NCBI GenBank assembly: GCA_964443355.1 | Contig: CAYUDX010000011.1 | Location: 34,823-98,822, forward strand | Source of the DNA: an uncultured Spirochaetia bacterium | GTDB lineage: Bacteria > Oederibacteriota > PGYV01 > Palsa-1178 | Direction of reading: 5' to 3' | DNA length: 64,000 nt | Shown here: positions 9,937 to 19,500 of the stretch, piece after piece | Layout of the letters: each line of letters opens with the position of its first letter | Position numbering within the stretch: the stretch's first letter is position 1 | The notes under the pieces: generated by a model | What the model saw: only the letters and a program-made list of their open reading frames with translations | Databases searched by the model: none | What the model was told of the DNA's origin: nothing | Made by a program: the position numbers and the translations under genes

Positions 9937-10236
9937 ATGGACACCCAGGATTTCCTCGACAACATAAACAGCTGGCTGGAATTTTACAGGGATGTGCGCG
10001 ATCCCGACCTTATATATCCGCCTGCGGTCAGGCCGGATGATATAAAATGGGAAGAGAGCATGCTAAGGATAGCCTCTTCATTTAAGATATGTGATTCTCT
10101 TTTTGGCACCCCCGCTCAAAAAAAGGTTGAACAGGCGATAAGGCTTGCTCAATCGGGCGACAAGTCGCGGGTAAAAGATATTTATGACATTTTTTTTGAG
10201 GTTGAAAGATTTTTGGGCGAAAACACAAATAAGTAA
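9937..10236 (+). CDS. Hypothetical protein
   Basis: ORF with a GAGG ribosome-binding site; no recognisable domain. Confidence 0.35.
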   Translation: MDTQDFLDNINSWLEFYRDVRDPDLIYPPAVRPDDIKWEESMLRIASSFKICDSLFGTPAQKKVEQAIRLAQSGDKSRVKDIYDIFFEVERFLGENTNK

Positions 10237-10364
10237 ATGAAATCATATTTTCACATCATGAAAACCAAACCCGCTTGTTAAAAATTTTGTAAGGTTTTTC
10301 CTTGAAAAAATATGGGCTTATGATATATTTATGTCATAAAGGGAGCAATTGTTAGAGGTGATAA

Positions 10365-13300
10365 GTGCGCAAATTTATACGTGCGGGAACAGCGGTAAAA
10401 TTAATATTTAACTCTTTGTTTATTGCTGTTTTTGTGTTTTTTGCATCCTCGCAACTTTACGCGGACACACCCACCGACACTCCGACAGACATGCAAACCG
10501 CCACTGAGACCCCCACCTTCACCCCGGTTACCGCTGCATATTTTGATATTGCCGCGCCGTCCCAGGCCGGGGCTTCCGCTCCTTTTTTGATAACAGTGAC
10601 CGCAAGGACCGCCCTTGGCGCGGTGGCGAATAATTATACCGGAGTTGTGACCTTCGGCACCGGAGCGTTCCTTTTTGTCATGCCTGACGATTATGGTTTC
10701 ACGGCTTCCGACAACGGTTCTCACGCGTTCCTGGTCCAGATAATGTCGGCCGGCGACGAGGTGGTGAACGTAAGCGACATAGACAACCCGTCGGTCTCAA
10801 GCTCGGCCATAGTAACCATCCTTCCGGCCGCCGCGTCGTATTATACTTTGAACGCGCCGTCATCGGTAAAGGCTGGAGTCCTTTTTTCATTGACTCTTAC
10901 CGCCAAGGATTCCTATAACAATGTAGTGACCAATTACAACGGCACGGCTTCATTCAATTCTTCGGATACATCGGCGGTCCTGCCTCCGGATACGACTTTT
11001 ATCAATGACGACGCGGGGAAAAAAGTCCTTGCCGTCACGCTTAAGACAAAAGGCACACAGACAATATCGGCCAAGGACCTCAATGGCTCGTCGATAAACG
11101 GTTCATCGAACGCGATTAACGTCACGTGCGGGACAATATCGTCCTTTAACGTTAGTGCGCCGGCCGTGGCAAACCCGAATACAAGCTTTAATTTCGCAAT
11201 AAGCGCGATGGACAGTTTTTCCAATGTCGCCGACAACTACACTGGCACAGTGCATTTCACTTCAAGCGATGTTGCCGCGGTCCTGCCGGCCAATTACACC
11301 TTCCAGGCGGGGGATTACGGCAACAGGGTGTTCTCCGCAACGCTCGTAAATTCAGGGACTCAGACAATAACCGTCGGCGACGCGACGGCCGCCACCATAA
11401 CCGGGATTTCATCCGGCATAAACGTCAACCAGGTTTTTAACCCTTATGCCCAGCCGCTTATGCTTACCTCTTACATTCCCGACGCGGCCATATATCAGTT
11501 TGTTTATTTAAAGGTAATGACCGCCGCCAATATCCAGATACCCGACAATGCGTATCTTGAATATGACGTCTTCATGCCTTCATATAACGCGGATTTTTAT
11601 ACCGGGACGGACATGGACGGGACCGTTTTCGGAGATATGAGGGACTATGGTCAGGCTACCCAGAGCTACATAATCGACCAGAACGGAATAAGGTGCCATC
11701 CGTCGATGGACCTTTCGCAATATGCGTCAGGCCAGTGGTATCACAGGAAATTCAACATAGCCGCTCTGGGCGGATCGACTTACAATGAGCTTGACCTGGC
11801 GCAGGATACCGGAAATTCCGGCGCGAACGGCGCGCCTTCAAACCAGGCGGGCACTTTTAATTCTTTTTTTAACAACATTGTATTTACCAATTCGGGCGGA
11901 ACGGTGCTCACAAATTTCTTTTCAAGCAACAACACCATACCTTACAGCGGCACCGTGAGCCTTAACGGAAGCGTGGCCGGAAACAGGGGACAGGGTGGGA
12001 TAAACGCGGGTCCGACGCCTCCGGCCCCCGTAAATAATTATCTTTACATAATAAAGGACATGTCGCTTTCTTCGGCTCCGGCAGGGTCTGTCATAGCAGA
12101 TGGAGCTCATTCGCTGACGGTCACGGCCTTTTTATTCGGTCCTACCAACGCGGCAGTTCCGTGGACACTGGCCGATTTCAGTTCGGACAGGGCGGCTGAT
12201 TCCATATATCCCGTGGTCGTAAGCGCGAACGCCAGGGCGGTCACCGGGACTGACGGCCTTGCAGGCGCTCGTATAACTTCGACGCAGTCGGGTCAGGCCA
12301 ATATAACGGTGAAATGCGCTCACCTCACAAAAATAATACCGGTAAATTTCATCGCCGGACCCGCCTCAAAAGTGAACATATCACCGGCCCAGGTAAATAC
12401 CGAAACCGGGGTTCAGGGGACAATGAGCGTGAGCCTTGAGGACTCGTTCGGGAATTTTTCCTCGACCTCAAAAAATATCACGTTAAGTTCGACTTCGTCA
12501 TCGATGAAATTTTCTTCCGACAATGGAAACACATGGCAGTCCGGCCTTGTAGTCGGAGGCACCGTGATAAACAACGTATTAATTGTGGACACTTCAGCCG
12601 GGACTTCAACCATTTCCGCCGTATCCGCGGGGCTCACTTCCGCGTCATGCACGGCCTATATAAACAACGCTCCCGCCTCGGCCATATCTATAACCCCGTC
12701 AAATCCGTCATCCAGAGCCGGTGTGCCGGTCACAATGACGGCGTGGGCCGTCGATTCGTCGGGTAACAACTCTTACTATACAAATACGGTCGCGTTTTTC
12801 TCGGCTTCGCCCACCATGATGTTCTCACAGGACGGGGTGAATTACTTTCAAAGCCTGATGATGAACATGAGCGACGGAAGGGCGGATTTTTACTGTTATG
12901 ACACAAAAGTGGGGTCAAATGTAACCGTTACCGCGCAGTCCTCGGGGCTTGCCGCAGGGACCGCGTATTTTACGACCATAGCCGGGAACGCGGTTATGCT
13001 GAACGGATATGCCAGTAATTATTCGGTACTGGCGGGGCAGTCGGTCACGATCACGGCTGTAGTTACAGACAGTTACGGAAATCCCGTCATGAATACTTTT
13101 GTGATTTTTACCGCGCAGGTGGAAGGCGGGTTGGGCGATTCGCTTTTGACGCCGGCAGGGAACTCCACCAACGCCTCGGGACAGGCGGCTGTCATATTCA
13201 GGACAAAGTCCACGTCGCCGGATATTAATTACGTGATAATGAATTCAAATCTTCTTCTGGGAAAAACAATAGCCATAAGCGGATCGGGCGCTGCGGCTTC

Positions 13301-15125
13301 CTACGCCTTTTCTCCGAGCCCGCTGGCCGCCGGCGCGGATCAGCCGACATCGTTGTTCGTAAACGCCAGGGATTCCGGGGGATTTAACGCGCCAGCGCCG
13401 GGCCACGGCGGTGTTTATGTTTCAGTTACTTATCCGGCGGGTTCGACAAATGTCTTCTTTTCGTCCGACTCCGGCAACAACTGGTACAACAACGTTACGG
13501 CGACACTGGACGCGTCCGGTTCGGCACAGTTGTTCGTAAAATCCCACATACCCGGGGCATATTCCGTTGTAGGCGCGGACATCAATTCCACAGGATCGCT
13601 CCTGCCTGCATCCACGACATTGACGGTTTCCACGGCTTATTATATATCCGTTTCCCCGGCTACGGCAGCTTCGGCCAATGCCGGCTCTACGATGCCGATA
13701 ACAGCCCAGATCGTGGACCAGAACGGGACTCCCGCGGCAATCGCCAATGTCCAGGTGAATTTTTCCACGAGCAACGGGTCTATCTCTCCGGTCACGGTAT
13801 ATACGGACGCCACAGGAAAGGCGGCCTCGACCCTTTCGCTCGCCATTGCCGCGTATGCCGCACAATCCGTAACGGTAAAATCCGTAAACCCGAATTCAAC
13901 CGCGGTTTCGGGGATAATAACATCGCAGCCGGTGCTTTCGTTCAGCATTGCAATACCGGCTTCGGCTTATATAAACACGCCGCTCCAGGCCGTGGTGAGG
14001 GTCAAGGACGCTTACGGCCAGACAATATCAAATTACACCGGGAAAATTCATTTCTCATCGCCTTCGCCCGCAACGCTTCCGTCAGACTATACGTTTGTCC
14101 CGGCTGACGGCGGAGTAAAATATTTTACATTTTCGTTATCGACGGCGGCTCCAATGTCGCAGTCAATAACGGCCGCCGACACGGCCAGCCCGTCGATAAA
14201 CGGGACAAGCAACATAATCCTGATGTATCTTAATCCCACTCCTTCGCCGAGCATTTCCCCGACCAAGACAATGACATTCACCAAAACGCCGACTCCCACA
14301 TTCACCAATACGCCTACCGTTACCCCGACGTCGACAAAAACAGCCACCCCGACAATCACAAGGACATGGTCGGCATCGCCCACGGGCACCCCTTCGTACA
14401 CTCCTACCATAACGCCGACATTTACGGGTACTCTTACATTTACCATAACCCCGACGGTCACGGAGTCTTTCACCATAACCCCGACCTCGACCATATCAAA
14501 GACGTTCACTGTTTCGCCGACTTACACGGTCACGCCGACGATAACGGAAACATGGACCGATTCGCCGACCTTTACGGTGACGCCAACCTCGACGGAAACT
14601 GAGACAGGCAGCCCGACATACACGGCGACCGATACTTTTACTTACTCGCCCACATCCACAATAACTCAGACCGTCACCGAAACGCTTACAGTGACCGACA
14701 CATACACATTTACGGCGACCGGGACTTGCACCACGACTTACACCGTGACACCATCGTTGACCGTCACACAGACGGCCAGCGCCACGCCTACCCTGACAAT
14801 GACGCTGACGCCTTCGGCGACCCCCACTCCATATTTCAACAGGGCGGTTGAAGGAGACTGCTATGTTTTCCCGCAGCCGGCATCGACGGCGCTTACCATA
14901 GTATATTCCTCCGATTCCCAGGCTGATATGACCGTTAAAATATACAACTCGGCGGGAATGCTTGCGGCATCGCTTGAGGCGAAAGCAGCGGTCAATGACT
15001 ATAATTATATCCAGGTAAATCTGTCGAGGTTCGCTCCGGGTGTGTATTTCTATGTTTTGACCGGTAAAAAGAGCTCCGGTGGAACCATGGATTTCGGCAT
15101 AAAGAAATTTATGGTGGCAAAATGA
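10365..15125 (+). CDS. Large secreted adhesin-like protein: signal peptide, repeated Ig-like domains, Thr/Pro-rich linker, C-terminal T9SS-type sorting domain (Por secretion tail-like)
   Basis: GTG start with an AGAGGTG ribosome-binding site; signal peptide; at least four ~90-aa repeats of the pattern NYTGTVHFTSSD..LP..YTF..D.G...F...L...GTQTI...D; a TP-rich linker; a C-terminal ~95 aa (YVFPQPAS...MTVKIYNSAGML...APGVYFYVL...KKFMVAK) resembling the T9SS CTD / FlgD-Ig fold. Confidence 0.75.
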   Translation: MRKFIRAGTAVKLIFNSLFIAVFVFFASSQLYADTPTDTPTDMQTATETPTFTPVTAAYFDIAAPSQAGASAPFLITVTARTALGAVANNYTGVVTFGTGAFLFVMPDDYGFTASDNGSHAFLVQIMSAGDEVVNVSDIDNPSVSSSAIVTILPAAASYYTLNAPSSVKAGVLFSLTLTAKDSYNNVVTNYNGTASFNSSDTSAVLPPDTTFINDDAGKKVLAVTLKTKGTQTISAKDLNGSSINGSSNAINVTCGTISSFNVSAPAVANPNTSFNFAISAMDSFSNVADNYTGTVHFTSSDVAAVLPANYTFQAGDYGNRVFSATLVNSGTQTITVGDATAATITGISSGINVNQVFNPYAQPLMLTSYIPDAAIYQFVYLKVMTAANIQIPDNAYLEYDVFMPSYNADFYTGTDMDGTVFGDMRDYGQATQSYIIDQNGIRCHPSMDLSQYASGQWYHRKFNIAALGGSTYNELDLAQDTGNSGANGAPSNQAGTFNSFFNNIVFTNSGGTVLTNFFSSNNTIPYSGTVSLNGSVAGNRGQGGINAGPTPPAPVNNYLYIIKDMSLSSAPAGSVIADGAHSLTVTAFLFGPTNAAVPWTLADFSSDRAADSIYPVVVSANARAVTGTDGLAGARITSTQSGQANITVKCAHLTKIIPVNFIAGPASKVNISPAQVNTETGVQGTMSVSLEDSFGNFSSTSKNITLSSTSSSMKFSSDNGNTWQSGLVVGGTVINNVLIVDTSAGTSTISAVSAGLTSASCTAYINNAPASAISITPSNPSSRAGVPVTMTAWAVDSSGNNSYYTNTVAFFSASPTMMFSQDGVNYFQSLMMNMSDGRADFYCYDTKVGSNVTVTAQSSGLAAGTAYFTTIAGNAVMLNGYASNYSVLAGQSVTITAVVTDSYGNPVMNTFVIFTAQVEGGLGDSLLTPAGNSTNASGQAAVIFRTKSTSPDINYVIMNSNLLLGKTIAISGSGAAASYAFSPSPLAAGADQPTSLFVNARDSGGFNAPAPGHGGVYVSVTYPAGSTNVFFSSDSGNNWYNNVTATLDASGSAQLFVKSHIPGAYSVVGADINSTGSLLPASTTLTVSTAYYISVSPATAASANAGSTMPITAQIVDQNGTPAAIANVQVNFSTSNGSISPVTVYTDATGKAASTLSLAIAAYAAQSVTVKSVNPNSTAVSGIITSQPVLSFSIAIPASAYINTPLQAVVRVKDAYGQTISNYTGKIHFSSPSPATLPSDYTFVPADGGVKYFTFSLSTAAPMSQSITAADTASPSINGTSNIILMYLNPTPSPSISPTKTMTFTKTPTPTFTNTPTVTPTSTKTATPTITRTWSASPTGTPSYTPTITPTFTGTLTFTITPTVTESFTITPTSTISKTFTVSPTYTVTPTITETWTDSPTFTVTPTSTETETGSPTYTATDTFTYSPTSTITQTVTETLTVTDTYTFTATGTCTTTYTVTPSLTVTQTASATPTLTMTLTPSATPTPYFNRAVEGDCYVFPQPASTALTIVYSSDSQADMTVKIYNSAGMLAASLEAKAAVNDYNYIQVNLSRFAPGVYFYVLTGKKSSGGTMDFGIKKFMVAK
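14231..14835 (+). repeat. Low-complexity Thr/Pro/Ser-rich linker (degenerate PT(x)T repeats) inside the large secreted protein
   Basis: Translation is ~200 aa of TPTxT-type repeats; the DNA is a degenerate ACNCCGAC-type repeat. Confidence 0.8.
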
Positions 15126-16366
15126 ACGCAACCGGCAAAAAGGCGTTATACCCCGGCGTCAGAGGCATCTTTTTTATCTTAATGCTTTTATATGCGTTTT
15201 TCTTGCCGGTGCCGGAGAGTCTTGCGGATATCAACGGGAGCGCCGGCATAATTTTTCCCGAGCTTGATTCCGGGGCCGGCGCCAGGGCGGCCGGCATGGG
15301 AGGCGCCTTTACGGCCGTGGCGGACGACGCGAGCGCGGCTTACTGGAATCCCGCGGGTTTGAGCCTTATAAAAAAGCCTGAAGTCATGATAACTTTCGAC
15401 AAGTGGTACCTGGATTCATTTTATCAGCATTTTATCGGGGCTTTTCCCGTTGGGACGGGGACGATAGGTGCAGACATATTTTACATGAATTACGGAGCGT
15501 TCGATATCAGGGATAATACCGGAATGCTTCTCGGCGGCACATTGAATCCTTACAACGCCGCTGGCACGCTCTCTTACGGTATTGGATTTGGAGGCAACTT
15601 GAGCCTTGGGCTTGGTCTTACATACGCCATACAGTCCATAGGTTCGTCCTCGGACAACGGGTTCGGATTTAACCTCGGTGCGCTGTTCAAATCGGATATC
15701 TTTTCGGCAGGCATATCGCTGAAAAACATGGGAGCAGGGGGTGGGTTTTCACTTCCGGCAGACCTCAGGGTGGGAGCGGCCGTGAATGTTTTCAGGAACA
15801 GGTCGAATTCGGTGCTTGTTTCCGCCGACGCCGCATTAATAGTCAACGACGCGCCCCAGGCCAGTCTCGGTGTGGAATATTCCCTGCTTAAGATATTTTC
15901 ATTGCGCGCGGGTTATACTTTTAAGTTCGACGATGCCAATGGCGGCATATTGGGCGGGCTCTCAGCCGGGGCGGGATTCTCAGCCGGGGATATCTTCTTT
16001 GATTATGCCGTGGTCCCTTTCGGGCAGCTTGGCCTGACGCAAAAAGCCGGGATGAATTTCGAGTTTGACCCGGTTAAATTCAACGCTGAAAAAGAAGCCG
16101 CAAAGGCCCCTTCGGCAAAAGTGGAACTGAAAGACATAATGGCGGAGGCCGGAACCCTTGAAAATAGCGGAAAACTTGAACAGGCAAAGGAAAAGTACCT
16201 GGAGATCATAGACTTTGATATCAATTACGCCGACGCATGGAAACGCCTCGGCGCCGTATATGTTAAGCAGGGCAAAAAGGTTGATGCCATAAATGCTTTT
16301 GAACGTTATCTTCTGATACGGCCCAACGATACGGCGGTCCGGAAATGGCTGGACAAAAACCAATAG
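15122..16366 (+). CDS. Outer-membrane β-barrel protein of the PorV/FadL-like family with a C-terminal TPR extension
   Basis: Signal peptide; motif GAGARAAGMGGAFTAVADDASAAYWNPAGL typical of PorV/UPF0164-type barrels; barrel ends in ...GMNFEF, followed by a ~95-aa TPR-like tail; ATGA overlap with the upstream T9SS-type cargo gene. Confidence 0.55.
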   Translation: MNATGKKALYPGVRGIFFILMLLYAFFLPVPESLADINGSAGIIFPELDSGAGARAAGMGGAFTAVADDASAAYWNPAGLSLIKKPEVMITFDKWYLDSFYQHFIGAFPVGTGTIGADIFYMNYGAFDIRDNTGMLLGGTLNPYNAAGTLSYGIGFGGNLSLGLGLTYAIQSIGSSSDNGFGFNLGALFKSDIFSAGISLKNMGAGGGFSLPADLRVGAAVNVFRNRSNSVLVSADAALIVNDAPQASLGVEYSLLKIFSLRAGYTFKFDDANGGILGGLSAGAGFSAGDIFFDYAVVPFGQLGLTQKAGMNFEFDPVKFNAEKEAAKAPSAKVELKDIMAEAGTLENSGKLEQAKEKYLEIIDFDINYADAWKRLGAVYVKQGKKVDAINAFERYLLIRPNDTAVRKWLDKNQ

Positions 16367-16576
16367 AAACCACGGATTAAATTTTATTGACTAACCCGCT
16401 TATTTTTTGTATATTTATTAGCAATCGTCGGCGATGAAGCCTACATTATTTAACCGTTTTTACGCGTTAAATCCCTTGGAAATCCCGGGATTATATAATC
16501 ATGTTTTAGGGAATGGAAAAATCAGGAAAGCATCACTTAATAAAGGCAAATATTACAAACTTGAAGGAGCGAAAAA

Positions 16577-19500
16577 ATGGCTGGCACAATTTATAACAAT
16601 AACTTTCCACCCAGAGCGCAGGGGCTTTACGACCCATCATTTGAAAAGGATTCATGTGGAGTCGGTTTTATAGTAAACGTTAAAGGTGAAAAGTCCCATA
16701 AAATAGTCAAGGACGGCATGCACATTCTTGAAAGGCTTGCGCACAGAGGCGCGACTGCCGCCGACCCGAAAACCAGCGACGGCGCCGGGCTCATCATCCA
16801 ATTGCCGCATGAATTCCTTGTAAAAGCAGCCGGAGAATCCGGCATAACACTGCCGGACGAGGGGCAATACGGCGCCGGGCTTATTTTTCTTCCCAAGGAA
16901 GAATCCGATTACAAGTTCATAAAGGAAGCATTCGACAGGGCCATAAGCGAAAAGGGACAGGCGCTTCTGGGCTGGCGGAAAGTACCGGTCGACAACAGCG
17001 CCATAGGATACATAGCGAAAGGCAAGGAACCGAATTTTGAGATGATATTCATAAAGAAGGGGGCGAATACCCCGGACCAGGCGGCGTTCGAGCGTAAACT
17101 TTACGTAATAAGGAAAAAAGTCGAGAATTCGGTGCGTCTCGCCGACCTAAAACAGAAATCATATTTTTATGTAACGAACATATCGTCCAGGACACTGAAT
17201 TACAAGGGGTTAATGATGCCCGAGGAGATCGATAATTTTTTTCTCGACCTGAAGGATCCCGCTGTAAAATCGGCTTTATGCTTCGTGCACAGCCGCTATT
17301 CCACAAACACATTCCCCACATGGGACCTGGCCCAGCCGTTCAGGTATCTTGCCCATAACGGGGAAATAAACACGCTCCGGGGAAATATAAACTGGATGCG
17401 CGCCAAAGAGGGGCTTTTTAAGAACGACCTTTTCGGGGATGATATGGCAGATTTAAAACCGGTAATACGCGACGAAGCTCAGTCGGATTCGGCCACGACC
17501 GACAATGCGTTTGAAATATTGACTCTCGGCGGGCGTTCGCTGCCTCACGCGATCCTGATGCTTGTCCCGGGTGCCTGGGAAGATAACAATCAGCTGCCGC
17601 AGGAAACAAAGGATTTCTACAACTATCACGCCTGCTTCATGGAACCATGGGACGGGCCCGCCGCGCTTTGTTTCACCGACGGCGAGTCCATAGGCGCGGT
17701 CCTTGACAGGAACGGCTTAAGGCCCGCAAAATATCTCATTCGCAGGGACGGATGCGTGGTAATGTCGTCCGAAGTCGGGGTCCTGGACGACAAACCGGAG
17801 GATATTGAACACTCCGGGAGGCTTGAGCCGGGCAAGATATTCTATATTGACACAAAAGAGGGCAGGATAGTAAATGACGAAGAGATAAAACACAAAATGG
17901 CAACCAGGAAACCTTACGGGACATGGCTGAAGGAACAGATACTTACACTTGATATGATACCCGAGAAAAAAATTGAAAAGAAATATTCGCCCGAGGCTGC
18001 GCTGACCATGATGAAGTCCTTCGGTTACACCAGGGAGGACCTAAAGGAAATAATAACGCCTCTTGCAGCCACGGCATACGATCCCACAGGTTCCATGGGC
18101 AACGACATGCCCCATGCGGTGCTTTCAAAGAACAGCCAGCCGTTATTCACCTATTTTAAACAGCTTTTCGCGCAGGTTACGAACCCGCCGATAGACTCGA
18201 CGCGCGAAAAATGCGTGATGAGCCTTAACATGTACCTGGGGAAATCGCTTAACATGTTCGCGGAAACTCCCGAGCATGCCCACAAGCTGATGCTAAAGAC
18301 GCCATTGCTTTCCGACGAGGACCTGCTGCGCATAAAAAATATAAATCTGGGCGGTTTTAGGTCAAAAGTCATCTCAATACTTTTTGACGCCGGTGAAAAA
18401 GGGTCGCTAAAGAAAAACCTGGACAGGATATGCGAGGAAGCCGTCGCGGCCGTCAAAGAAGGGTATTCGATAGTTGTTTTAAGCGACAGGGGCGTTAACA
18501 GGGAAAAAGCCGCGATACCGTCGCTCATGGCCGTCGGGGCGGTGCATCATGAGCTGGTGAGGAGGTCGCTAAGGACCCAGATATCAATAGTAATCGAGAC
18601 GGCGGAGCCGCGGGAAGTGCACCATTTTTGCGCGCTCTCGGGTTACGGTGCGGATGCCTACAATCCATACGGCGCTTTTGAGGCCATAAACCACCTTATA
18701 AACACCGGCGAGATAGCAAAGACGTTCGAGGAGTGTCTTAAAAATTTCAAGAAAGGCGTCCATGACGGAATGCTCAAGGTAATAGCCAAGATGGGAATAT
18801 CCACGATACAGAGCTATTGCGGGGCGCAGATATTCGAGGCCATAGGCATACACAGCGAAGTCATAGATAAATGTTTTGCCGGGACGGTTTCCAGGATAGG
18901 CGGAGCCGGATTTGATGAGTTAGAATTGGAAACAATAATGCGCCATAAGGATGCTTATCCAGACAACGGTTCGGCATCGCCCATACTGAAAACAGGCGGC
19001 GTCTATCAGTGGAAAAAAGACGGCGAGTTCCACCTGTGGAACCCGGACACAATAGCCGCGGTGCAGGACGCGTCAAAAAATAACGACCTGAAAAGATACA
19101 GGGATTTTGCGGGGCTCATAAACGACCAGTCGGCCCAGCCGACAACACTGAGGTCCCTGTTTAAATTCAGAAACGCCGCGCCGATACCGGTCGACGAGGT
19201 CGAGCCGGTAAGCGAAATAGTGAAAAGGTTCGTCACCGGCGCCATGAGTTTCGGTTCCATATCCAGGGGTGCCCATGAGGCCATGGCAATCGCCATGAAC
19301 CGCCTTGGCGGCAAATCCAACACGGGTGAGGGAGGAGAGGACCCGATACGCTTTAAACCTTTCCCGGACGGGGATTCCGCCAGAAGCGCAGTCAAACAGG
19401 TTGCCTCAGGCAGGTTCGGGGTCACCACAAATTACCTTACCAACGGTGATGAACTTCAGATAAAGATGGCGCAGGGTGCAAAACCCGGCGAAGGCGGACA

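Noticed and set aside
14231-14835. Short DNA repeats considered as a possible CRISPR or tandem-repeat locus
   Set aside because: The repeats are degenerate, lie in frame within a long CDS, and translate to a Thr/Pro linker. There are no spacer-like unique segments.
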